Position numbers and translations under genes: made by a program. A stretch of 64,000 bases of DNA from an uncultured Gemmatimonadales bacterium (GTDB lineage: Bacteria; Gemmatimonadota; Gemmatimonadetes; Longimicrobiales; RSA9): NCBI GenBank assembly GCA_963741945.1, contig CAVUKA010000005.1, forward strand, positions 160,001 to 224,000, written 5' to 3'. The notes under the pieces were generated by a model. That model was not told where the DNA came from. It was given only the letters and a program-made list of their open reading frames with translations, and searched no databases. Below, piece after piece: positions 42,574 to 50,863 of this stretch. Position 1 is the first letter of the stretch; the number at the start of each line of letters is the position of its first letter.

Positions 42574-42588
42574 GCAAGTGCCAAGCCA
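42574..42588 (-). promoter_or_regulatory. Sigma54-like promoter upstream of mrdA
   Basis: TGGCTTGGCACTTGC = GG-N10-GC, 55 nt before start. Confidence 0.45.
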
Positions 42589-42603
42589 GCGCGCCCCCTC
42601 CGC

Positions 42604-43725
42604 TCAGTCGTCGAACAGGTGCGCACCGTCCCGCAGCTCGGCCCGATCCCCCACAGCCACTGCGTAGCGGGTCGGCCAGAGCGAGGCCGCGCCGAGCTCC
42701 CCGTTCCTGTTCAGGACGTAGTAGCTGACGTTGAACGCGGGACGACCGTCCGGCCGCTGGAGCCGGGGCTGCGCCTCCGTCCATCGGACGATTCGATGCA
42801 GCGCCTCCACGGCCGCGTCCACCGGCTTTCGCCCCTGCCGCAGCTGCTCCACCACGGTGTGGCTGCCCACCGTCTTGATCACGGCCTCGCCCCGGCCCGT
42901 GGAGCCCGCGGCGCCCACGTCGTTGTCCACGTACAGGCCCGCCCCGATGATCGGCGAGTCGCCCACCCGCCCCGGGATCTTCCACGCCATGCCGCTGGTT
43001 GTTGTCACGCCCGACAGGTTCCCGTTCCGGTCCACGGCCAGGCAGTTGATGGTGCCGTGAGGGCGGACGCCGTCATGGGAGTCCCGCATCCCGGCGCCCG
43101 TCGTGTCATGGCCGGTGTACGGGCGCGTGAGCTGGCGGAGGAAATCGGAGTCGCCCAGACCGCTGGCTTCGGGGGCGATCCAGTCGTCCTGCCCGGAGCG
43201 CGTCGTCAGCCACTCCAGCCAGCGCTGACGCGACGCCGGGGTGAGCAGCGAGTCCAGCACCTCGAAGCCCATCCTGCGCGCGAAATCCGTGGCGCCCTGC
43301 CCCACCAGCATGACGTGGTCCGTGTGCCGCATCACGGCCACGGCCACGCGCGACGGCGTCTTCACGCCCTCGATGGCCGCGACGGCGCCGGCGCTCCGCG
43401 AAGGCCCGTGCATCACGCACGCATCGAGCTGCACGACGCCTTCTTCGTTGGGCAGACCGCCATAGCCCACGCTCATGTCCTCCGGATCCTGCTCCACCAG
43501 GTTGACCGCTTCCACCACGGCTTGGAGGGTGTCCCCGCCGGCAGTGATCCTGTCCAGGGCATGGGGGATGGCGCTCAACCCGTTCGCGCTCGAGATGACC
43601 GCCGGCTCGGTGCCGCCCCGCAGGATGGCGGGGGCTTCGTGCGGGTGGCTTTCGGGAAGGCGGCCGAGGGCGGCGGCCCCGAGACCGGCGCCCGCGGTAC
43701 GGACGAACTCGCGTCGAGAAGGCAT
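42604..43725 (-). CDS. Tat-exported N(4)-(beta-N-acetylglucosaminyl)-L-asparaginase-like Ntn hydrolase
   Basis: SRREF Tat motif, SVGYGGLPN, LDACVM, TTTSG..KIPGRVGDSPIIGAG. Confidence 0.88.
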   Translation of the reverse strand: MPSRREFVRTAGAGLGAAALGRLPESHPHEAPAILRGGTEPAVISSANGLSAIPHALDRITAGGDTLQAVVEAVNLVEQDPEDMSVGYGGLPNEEGVVQLDACVMHGPSRSAGAVAAIEGVKTPSRVAVAVMRHTDHVMLVGQGATDFARRMGFEVLDSLLTPASRQRWLEWLTTRSGQDDWIAPEASGLGDSDFLRQLTRPYTGHDTTGAGMRDSHDGVRPHGTINCLAVDRNGNLSGVTTTSGMAWKIPGRVGDSPIIGAGLYVDNDVGAAGSTGRGEAVIKTVGSHTVVEQLRQGRKPVDAAVEALHRIVRWTEAQPRLQRPDGRPAFNVSYYVLNRNGELGAASLWPTRYAVAVGDRAELRDGAHLFDD

Positions 43726-43792
43726 GGCGGCTCCCTCCCGGGACTCTCGCCCGGGAACACGGCGGCGGGGCTTCGCGCCGAGCGTGGGGAAT

Positions 43793-44830
43793 CTACACCA
43801 TGGCCGCAAGAGGGGGCATGAGCGCCCGTGTCGCCGCCGGAACGAGGGAAGGATCGAACTGCCGGCCCTTCTCGCGACGCAGCTCCGCGATCGCTTCATC
43901 GACCGAGAGGGCGCGACGGTACGGCCGGGACGAGGTCATGGCATCGAACGTATCGGCGATGGCCACGATCCGGGCCCCGAAGGGGATGTCGTCACCGGCC
44001 AGGCCATCGGGGTAACCCGCGCCATCCCAGCGCTCGTGGTGGTGCCGCACCACTCCGAGGGCCACCTCGTCGTCCAGCAGGCCGGAGAGGATCTCCACGC
44101 CGATGGTGGGATGGTCGTGGACGTGCCCCGCTTCCGCGCCATTCAGCGGGCCGGCCTTGCGCAGGATCTCGCCCCGGATCCCGATCTTCCCGATGTCGTG
44201 CAGCTGCGCGCCCACGCGCAGCGACTCCGCGTCGATCCCGCCCACCTCCGCCTGGATCATCAGGGCGTACTCCGTCACACGATCGGAATGCCCACGCGTG
44301 TGCGCGTCCTTGGCCTCGAGCGCCCGCACCAGGGAATGGACGCTGGACAGGTAGAGTCGCTCGATGCGGTGGGTCTGGATCCGCACCTGTTCCTCGAGGT
44401 GGTCGCGGTAGCGCCGGTTCTCCACCAGCAGCTTCCGGTGCGCCACGGCCCGGCGCGTGGCGTGCAGCAGCCCGGCCGACTCGAACGGCTTGGTCAGGAA
44501 GTCGTCCGCGTCCAGCCGCAGCGCCTCCACCGCCGTTTCCACGGCCGTGTTCCCGGTCATGATGATGACCTGCACCATGGGATCCAGGGCCTTGATGCTC
44601 CCGGTCAGGTCCAGTCCCGAGCCGCCGGGCATGTGCACGTCCGTGAGCACGAGCGCGAACCGCCCGGGCTCGAAGAGCGAGAGCGCCTCCTCGCCGGAAT
44701 TCGCCGACGTGCACGCGATCCCCTCCCCCTCGAGCCAGCGCACCACCGTGCGCACGACTGCCGGCTGGTCATCCACGACCAGCGCCCGGACCACCCCGTA
44801 CGAGAAGTCGAGCACGCCGCCGTTCCCCAT
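43793..44830 (-). CDS. Response regulator with HD-GYP phosphodiesterase domain
   Basis: Receiver (VVDD, TDVHMP, KP); HDIGKIG, HHERWDGAGYP. Confidence 0.92.
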   Translation of the reverse strand: MGNGGVLDFSYGVVRALVVDDQPAVVRTVVRWLEGEGIACTSANSGEEALSLFEPGRFALVLTDVHMPGGSGLDLTGSIKALDPMVQVIIMTGNTAVETAVEALRLDADDFLTKPFESAGLLHATRRAVAHRKLLVENRRYRDHLEEQVRIQTHRIERLYLSSVHSLVRALEAKDAHTRGHSDRVTEYALMIQAEVGGIDAESLRVGAQLHDIGKIGIRGEILRKAGPLNGAEAGHVHDHPTIGVEILSGLLDDEVALGVVRHHHERWDGAGYPDGLAGDDIPFGARIVAIADTFDAMTSSRPYRRALSVDEAIAELRREKGRQFDPSLVPAATRALMPPLAAMV

Positions 44831-44925
44831 GATCGTTCTCCCCTGTGACGGACTGGATTCGACCATAGTGTCGGCAGCGGATGCGGCACCTTTAGCCCCG
44901 AGTCTCACCCCTGCTCCAGCGCCAT

Positions 44926-44962
44926 GAAACACAAAAGCGCCGACACCTGAGTGCCGGCGCCC
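44926..44962 (-). terminator. Intrinsic terminator
   Basis: GCGCCGGCAC-TCAG-GTGTCGGCGC followed by TTTTGTGTTT on minus strand. Confidence 0.7.
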
Positions 44963-44985
44963 CGGTTCCGCTGGACCGCTTCCGA

Positions 44986-45261
44986 TCAGGCCGCGCTCGT
45001 CTCCGTCTCGGTCCACTCGGAGGCCGCCGTATGCGACTTCCCGTGGCGGATGACCGGCTTGCAGTAGCGCATGCCCAGCTCCTCCAGCTGCTTCAACTCC
45101 GTGTTGTTCAGCTGGGGATAGCGCTCCTCGAGGAACTTCATCGTGTCGTCCATCCACTCTTGCTGCTGATCATCGCTGGCTTCGAGGACGCCACAGCGAT
45201 TGATATGACTGAAGAGCTCGTCGCGAGCCCGGTCCAGAACCGTACGTTCGTGCTTCGCCAA
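44986..45261 (-). CDS. Small hypothetical protein (91 aa)
   Basis: GGAGG RBS plus TTG; ARDELFSHI.RCGVL..W..T..RYP..G.RYC; own terminator. Confidence 0.75.
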   Translation of the reverse strand: MAKHERTVLDRARDELFSHINRCGVLEASDDQQQEWMDDTMKFLEERYPQLNNTELKQLEELGMRYCKPVIRHGKSHTAASEWTETETSAA

Positions 45262-45365
45262 ATGAACCTCCGTATCTTCTATTCGAAAGCCGAAATCTAT
45301 CGCCCGATCAGCGTACACTGGACGGGAAGATTGGTGCCAGACCCGGAATGTAGGGGGGGCTCCGG

Positions 45366-46988
45366 ATGATGGAAACCCCGGATTCGATGAACGACCCGAT
45401 CCGCCTCGAGATCTACCGCCACCTCCTGACCGCGCTGGCGGAAGAGATGGGCGCGACGCTGCGGAGATCGGCCTATTCCCCCAACATCAAGGAGCGCCGG
45501 GATTATTCCTGCGCCCTCTTCGACGCGGGCGCCCGGGCGGTGGCGCTCGGCGACCACATGCCCGTCCACCTCGGCGCAATGCCCATGAGTGTCGCGGCGG
45601 CGATCGCCGAGCTGGGGACGCTGGCGCCCGGCGACGTGGTGGCGCTCAACGACCCGTTCCGCGGCGGCACCCACCTCCCTGACATCACCCTGATCGCGCC
45701 GGTGTACCTGCCCGATTCACTCGCCGCCGAGCCCGGCACCGGACCGGCGCCGCTGGCGTATGTGGCGTCGCGCGCGCATCACGCGGACGTGGGCGGAATG
45801 GCGGCCGGATCCATGCCCCTGGCGCGGGAGATCTACCAGGAGGGGCTGCGGATCCCGCCCGTTCACCTGGTCCGCGGCGGGACCCGGCAAGGGGATGCGT
45901 GGCGGCTGATCCTGGCGAACGTCCGCACGCCCGCGGAGCGCGAAGGGGACCTGGATGCGCAGCTGGCCGCGCTGGTGGCGGGGGAGCGTCGCCTGCTCGA
46001 ACTGGTCGAGCGCCGGAGCGCCGGAGAGGTGAGCGCGGCAATGGCCGGCCTCCTGGTCTATGCCGACCGGCTGGTCCGTGCCGGGATCTCGCGTATCCCG
46101 GACGGTGAGTACGTGGCGGAGGATGCCATGGAGGATGACGGCGTCGACCACGCGTCTCTCCCGATTCGCGCGCGCGTGACCGTCTCCGGCGACGAGATCC
46201 GTGTCGACTTCACCGGGACCGCACCGCAGGCGCGGGGCGGGATCAATGCCGTCGAAGCGATCACGGCCTCGGCCACCCGCTACGCCGTGCGGGTGGTGGT
46301 GGAGCGTCTGCTGGAGCAGCCGCTCCCTGCCGGTGGCGGCGCGATGGAAGCGGTGCGCATCATGATGCCCCCGGGGAGCCTGGTGGCGGCGCGCCCCCCC
46401 GCCAGTGTGGCCGGGGGCAACGTGGAGACGTCACAGCGCATCACGGACGTGCTGCTCATGGCGCTGTCGGAGGCCGTGCCCGGGATCGGCGTGGCGCAGT
46501 CGCAGGGCACGATGAACAACCTGGCGGTGGGCGGCGAGGATCCGCGCACGGGCGAGCCGTTCGCCTATTACGAGACCATGGGCGGCGGGATGGCCGGGGG
46601 CGCGGATGGACCCGGGCTCTCCGGCGTGCACGTGCACATGAGCAACTCGCTGAACACGCCCGTGGAGGCGCTGGAGCACGCCTACCCGTTCCGCATCCGG
46701 CAGTACGCCATCCGCCGCGGCACCGGCGGCGCCGGACGGCATCCGGGCGGGGAAGGACTGAGGCGCGACCTCCAGCTGCTCGCCGAGTGCGACGTGAGCC
46801 TCCTCACGGAACGGCGGAGATCGGCGCCGCGGGGCGCCGCGGGTGGCGGCGACGGCGAGACAGGACGCAACGTTCTGATCCGCGACGGTGAGGAGAGCGA
46901 TCTCCCGGCCAAGGCCACCTTCCGCACGCGCGCGGGCGACACGATCAGCCTGCGCAGCCCTGGTGGCGGCGGCTGGGGCGCCGTGTAG
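45366..46988 (+). CDS. Hydantoinase B / 5-oxoprolinase subunit B
   Basis: SPNIKERRDYSCA, PVHLGAM, NDPFRGGTHLPD, HHADVGG, GNVETSQR, SQGTMNN. Confidence 0.92.
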   Translation: MMETPDSMNDPIRLEIYRHLLTALAEEMGATLRRSAYSPNIKERRDYSCALFDAGARAVALGDHMPVHLGAMPMSVAAAIAELGTLAPGDVVALNDPFRGGTHLPDITLIAPVYLPDSLAAEPGTGPAPLAYVASRAHHADVGGMAAGSMPLAREIYQEGLRIPPVHLVRGGTRQGDAWRLILANVRTPAEREGDLDAQLAALVAGERRLLELVERRSAGEVSAAMAGLLVYADRLVRAGISRIPDGEYVAEDAMEDDGVDHASLPIRARVTVSGDEIRVDFTGTAPQARGGINAVEAITASATRYAVRVVVERLLEQPLPAGGGAMEAVRIMMPPGSLVAARPPASVAGGNVETSQRITDVLLMALSEAVPGIGVAQSQGTMNNLAVGGEDPRTGEPFAYYETMGGGMAGGADGPGLSGVHVHMSNSLNTPVEALEHAYPFRIRQYAIRRGTGGAGRHPGGEGLRRDLQLLAECDVSLLTERRRSAPRGAAGGGDGETGRNVLIRDGEESDLPAKATFRTRAGDTISLRSPGGGGWGAV

Positions 46989-47067
46989 AAGACGCCCAGC
47001 GCCTCAGCCGCGCGCGGGGGTGAGCGCCGCCCACGGCGCCCACGGCCGTCCGGGCGAGACGGCCATC

Positions 47068-47940
47068 TCAGCCGCTGCCGCCGGACAGGATGTCCTCGAA
47101 AGCGTCCGTCACCCTGGGGTCGTCGAACTGAGCGAGCCAGAAGAGCGCCTTGGCGCGCACCAGCGGGTCGGGCGCGGAGCGGCCGAGCTGGAGAAGCCGT
47201 GGAATGGCCTCGTCCTCCGGCAGCCGCGAGAGGGCGAAGACCGCGGCGGCGCGCACCTCGTCGCCCTCGTCGGGATCCCGTGCGATGGCCCCGAGCTCAT
47301 CGGTGATGCGGGCTCCCGCCTGGCGCCCGAGCCAGAACATGGCATCGCGCCGGATGGCGCTGTCCAGTTCCCGGTTCCGGGCCAGGCGCAGCAGCCCGGG
47401 CCACGTCGTGGCCCGGGCCGCGAGGGAGGCCGCGAGGAGCATGCGGCCTGCGGCCCGCGGCCCGGCCTCGGCTGCGAGACCAAGGAGAAGGTCGGCCGCC
47501 GCCGGGCCGGAAACGCGGCCCAGCTCCACCGCCATTCCGGCGACGGGGTCGTCGACCCCCGCCCCCGGACGGCCCACGCGCACCCGAACGTCCCGGAAGC
47601 GGCCGTCGTCGCGCTCGGCGGTGACGACGACATCGCCGGTGTCACACGGCGGTTCGCCGACTCGCCAGCCATGATCGCGGCCGTGCCGGTCGTTGATCAG
47701 CGAAACCTGGCCGTCGGGCTCCCGGATCATGATGGCGCTGCCTGCGCCGCACACCCCTGGTTTCGCGGGGAAGGAGAAACGGACCAGGGGCGCGCGGGTG
47801 CGCTCCAGCTGCTGCCGCAGCGCCTGGCCCTGGGCGGGCCCGGCGAGGAGCGCGCCCAGCGCGAGGACGGCGACGAAGGCGGGAGCGACGCCCGCCGCGC
47901 GGCCGGCCCTGCGGGCGGCGGCGAGTGGCGCCACGGTCAC
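47068..47940 (-). CDS. Exported HEAT-repeat protein
   Basis: Signal peptide; AMFWLG, AVFALS, ALFWLA repeats. Confidence 0.85.
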   Translation of the reverse strand: MTVAPLAAARRAGRAAGVAPAFVAVLALGALLAGPAQGQALRQQLERTRAPLVRFSFPAKPGVCGAGSAIMIREPDGQVSLINDRHGRDHGWRVGEPPCDTGDVVVTAERDDGRFRDVRVRVGRPGAGVDDPVAGMAVELGRVSGPAAADLLLGLAAEAGPRAAGRMLLAASLAARATTWPGLLRLARNRELDSAIRRDAMFWLGRQAGARITDELGAIARDPDEGDEVRAAAVFALSRLPEDEAIPRLLQLGRSAPDPLVRAKALFWLAQFDDPRVTDAFEDILSGGSG

Positions 47941-49478
47941 TGGCCGGCTCCCGTCCCGCCCAGGATGTCCATGAGCACGTCGGCTGCGCGCGGGTCGTTG
48001 GAGTTGCCGAGCCAGAAGAGCGCCTTCTTGCGCAGCTCGGGGTCCTTCTCGGTGCGGGCGATCTGGATCAGCCGATCGATGGCGCTGGGCTGATCGCTCT
48101 GGGAAAGCGCGAAGAGCACGTGCTCCTTCAGCGCCCGCTTCTCCAGCCGGCCATAGAGAGTGCCCAGGGCTTCGGCGGACGCGCCCGCGTCCGCGGCCCA
48201 GAAGATGGCCTTGCTGCGGAGCTCCGTGTCCAGCCCCTTGTCGCTGCCCAGGCCCAGGAGCCAGGCCCCGTCCGGGTGATCGGCCTGGGCCACGCCCATG
48301 AGCACCCGCTCCTTCAGATCCCGGGACGGGAGCTTCGAGAAGATCCCCTTAAGGAACTGGATGTCGTCCGCGCTCCCCTCATTGCCGAGCCAGAAAATGG
48401 CCTTCGAGCGCAGCGCCTCGGGCATCGATGCGTCCTCCGCCAGCGAGCGCAGCACCTGGCGGGCCCGCGGGCTGGAGTGCTGCGACAGGGCGAACACGGC
48501 GCGCTCGCGCGTCTCCAGGTCGCCGGTGCCATGGACGAACGAGGAGAGCGCGTCCACGGCCCGCGGATCGTCCACCTCCGAAAGCCAGAACACCGCCTGC
48601 CGACGCACGCCCACGTCCGGATCGTTCTTCGCCACGTCCAGGAGCATGTCGACGCTCTGCGGCGTCTGCTGCTCCGCGATCAGCAGCACCGCCCGACGCC
48701 GCAGCGGGGGCGAGCACTCGTCGCGCCGGGCCATGATCTTCCGGAGCACGGGTGTGGCGCGGTCCGCGTTCATGTGCAGGAGGGCGTTCAGGGCGGAAAG
48801 CTGGACTTCCACCTGTTCGCGGCACTGCTCCGGGATGTCGTAGCGCGAGTCCGCGTGCAGCCCGCTCATTGCCGACGCCACCTGCGCGGCCACGCCACTC
48901 ATGGCACCGCCGATCTCTTCGGCCAGCGCCTGGCTGTGCTCCGCCATACGCTCGCCCAGCTGCTCCATCCTCGCCTGGAACTCCGGGTCGTTCACGACAC
49001 CCGCGATCCGGTTGGCCGTGGCCACCACCGTGGCGGCGGACTGCTCATCGCCGCGGCGGGCGAGAATGCCGAGGATGCGCGTCTCCAGCGCCGGGGCATC
49101 ACCGTTGGTGCGCGTCTGCGCGTTCGGGAACCGCTCGCGCTGCGTTGCGAGCGCCGCCAGCGCGTTCTCCAGCGCGTCGGTCTCGCTGGTCCGGTATCGG
49201 TTGAACGCCTCCCAGTACGGCGCGTCGGGGGCGTAGGCCGAGCGGGGGAACTCGCTCCAGATCCGGTGGAAGAGTCCAGCCGCGCGGTTCGGCTCGCCCC
49301 GATTCATCGCCTCCCGCGCCACGCGGTAGAGGGAGTCTGCCGGGTCCTGCTGGCTCCACGCTTCCGGCGCTACTGTGGCCGCTGCGCCGCCTCGGGCCGA
49401 TTCCACCCACGCCTGGTCCGCGCGCAGCGCCGTGGGCACGAGCGCGAGGGCGAGAACAGTGATCCAGATGCGATTCAT
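47937..49478 (-). CDS. Exported TPR plus HEAT-repeat protein
   Basis: Signal peptide, FPRSAYAPDAPYW (BamD/YbgF-like TPR), repeated (R)xxA(V/I)FWL HEAT units. Confidence 0.88.
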   Translation of the reverse strand: MNRIWITVLALALVPTALRADQAWVESARGGAAATVAPEAWSQQDPADSLYRVAREAMNRGEPNRAAGLFHRIWSEFPRSAYAPDAPYWEAFNRYRTSETDALENALAALATQRERFPNAQTRTNGDAPALETRILGILARRGDEQSAATVVATANRIAGVVNDPEFQARMEQLGERMAEHSQALAEEIGGAMSGVAAQVASAMSGLHADSRYDIPEQCREQVEVQLSALNALLHMNADRATPVLRKIMARRDECSPPLRRRAVLLIAEQQTPQSVDMLLDVAKNDPDVGVRRQAVFWLSEVDDPRAVDALSSFVHGTGDLETRERAVFALSQHSSPRARQVLRSLAEDASMPEALRSKAIFWLGNEGSADDIQFLKGIFSKLPSRDLKERVLMGVAQADHPDGAWLLGLGSDKGLDTELRSKAIFWAADAGASAEALGTLYGRLEKRALKEHVLFALSQSDQPSAIDRLIQIARTEKDPELRKKALFWLGNSNDPRAADVLMDILGGTGAGQ

Positions 49479-49504
49479 CGTAGAACTCCTTTGTATTCCG
49501 GCCA

Positions 49505-50179
49505 TCACAGCGTCATGTCCGTCTTCAGCGATCTCGCCGAGCGCAGCTTCGCGAGCAGCTGCGTGTCATCCATGCCGTCCTCGATCAGCCTCTGCTCCTC
49601 GCCGCCCGCGGAGCCGGCGTCCGCGATCTGCACCAGCACGAGCTCGAGATCCGAGAGCAGCGCCGCCATGCGCGGATCCTCCCCCGCGCGGGAGTCCAGG
49701 AGCAGACGGGTCGTGCTCAGGAGGTCGCGCGCCCACGCGGCCGTGGCCTCCCGGTCCCGGTCGTCGTGGGCCGCACCGTAGACGGTGAGGAGCGCTTCGG
49801 CTTCGTCCATGTGCTCCGCGGTAGCCAGGCGTACGGGCAGCGACGGCCGGGCGTCCGCGGCGCTCGCCCGCGATGCCCCGGCGCTGGCGACAGCGCCGCC
49901 CGCGGATGGAAGCGCCGATCGGGAGATTCGACCCAGTCCGAAAGCGACGGCCATCATGGCCGCCGCGGCCAGCCCGAGCCCCCACGGCGTCCACCGGCGC
50001 AGGGTGCCGCGCCGCGCCGCCCGGCGGGCGCCGAGATCGATCGCGTCCCGGTCACCCGGGTCCGATGCAATCCGCCGCCGGATCTCCGACCACATCTCCT
50101 CGCGTGGCGTGGGAGGCGGCTGGTTATAGTCGCGGGCGGCATCCAGCAGCCGCTCCAGGTTCCGATCCGGCTCACTCAT
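49505..50179 (-). CDS. Putative membrane anti-sigma factor
   Basis: Overlaps sigma stop; short cytoplasmic N-terminus, single TM, LL.DLELVL.QI C-domain. Confidence 0.75.
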   Translation of the reverse strand: MSEPDRNLERLLDAARDYNQPPPTPREEMWSEIRRRIASDPGDRDAIDLGARRAARRGTLRRWTPWGLGLAAAAMMAVAFGLGRISRSALPSAGGAVASAGASRASAADARPSLPVRLATAEHMDEAEALLTVYGAAHDDRDREATAAWARDLLSTTRLLLDSRAGEDPRMAALLSDLELVLVQIADAGSAGGEEQRLIEDGMDDTQLLAKLRSARSLKTDMTL

Positions 50180-50718
50180 ACAGCGTACTCCTCCGCAAAT
50201 TCCGACAGCTCTTCCCGCAGGATCCGGCGGGCCCGGAACAGCCTTGCCTTGGACGTCCCGGTCGCCACGTCCAGCGTGTCCCCGATCTCCTCGTGCGTGT
50301 AGCCTTCCACGTCGTGCATCACGAACACCGTCCGGTATATGTCCGGCAGCTCGTCGATGGCCCGATGCAGCCGCTCCTTCAGGTCCGGCTCCACCGCCAC
50401 CGGCGTTGTGCGACCCGGTGCCGCCGCATCCAGCTCCACTTCCCGGGTCCGGTTCCGCTTCACCTTCCGCATCCCGTTCAGCGTGACCGACACCGTGATC
50501 GAGTGGAGCCAGGTGAAGAGCGCCGCGTCCCCGCGGAACTGGTGCAGCCGCTCGAAAGCGCGCACGAATGCTTCCTGCGTGAACTCCCGCGCCAGCTCCT
50601 CGTCGCCGGCCATCCGGTACGCCAGACGGTAGACGCGGTCCACGTTCTCGTCGTAGAGCGTTCGGGCCGCGGCCTCATCGCCGCCCAGCACGCGCTCCAC
50701 CAGCATGGTCTCGGTCAA
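50176..50718 (-). CDS. ECF RNA polymerase sigma factor
   Basis: Region 2 (VYRLAYRM, TQEAF, FTWL) and region 4 (GYTHEEIG..GTSKARLFRAR); start 50706-50718. Confidence 0.92.
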   Translation of the reverse strand: MTETMLVERVLGGDEAAARTLYDENVDRVYRLAYRMAGDEELAREFTQEAFVRAFERLHQFRGDAALFTWLHSITVSVTLNGMRKVKRNRTREVELDAAAPGRTTPVAVEPDLKERLHRAIDELPDIYRTVFVMHDVEGYTHEEIGDTLDVATGTSKARLFRARRILREELSEFAEEYAV

Positions 50719-50758
50719 TCGCGATCGCGGAAACGGTTTCCGTTGTCCTCGGTCTGTA

Positions 50759-50786
50759 GGACACAGCCGAGGGGGAGAGGGTTGCG
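50759..50786 (-). promoter_or_regulatory. Possible autoregulatory ECF promoter
   Basis: GCAAC-N17-TGTC upstream of the sigma gene. Confidence 0.4.
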
Positions 50787-50863
50787 AGGAGACGGAAAGA
50801 CGGTACGACGATACGAAGGAGGGACGGGGAGGCACCAGGCCGCTGCCGGACTCCCTCTCCGTC

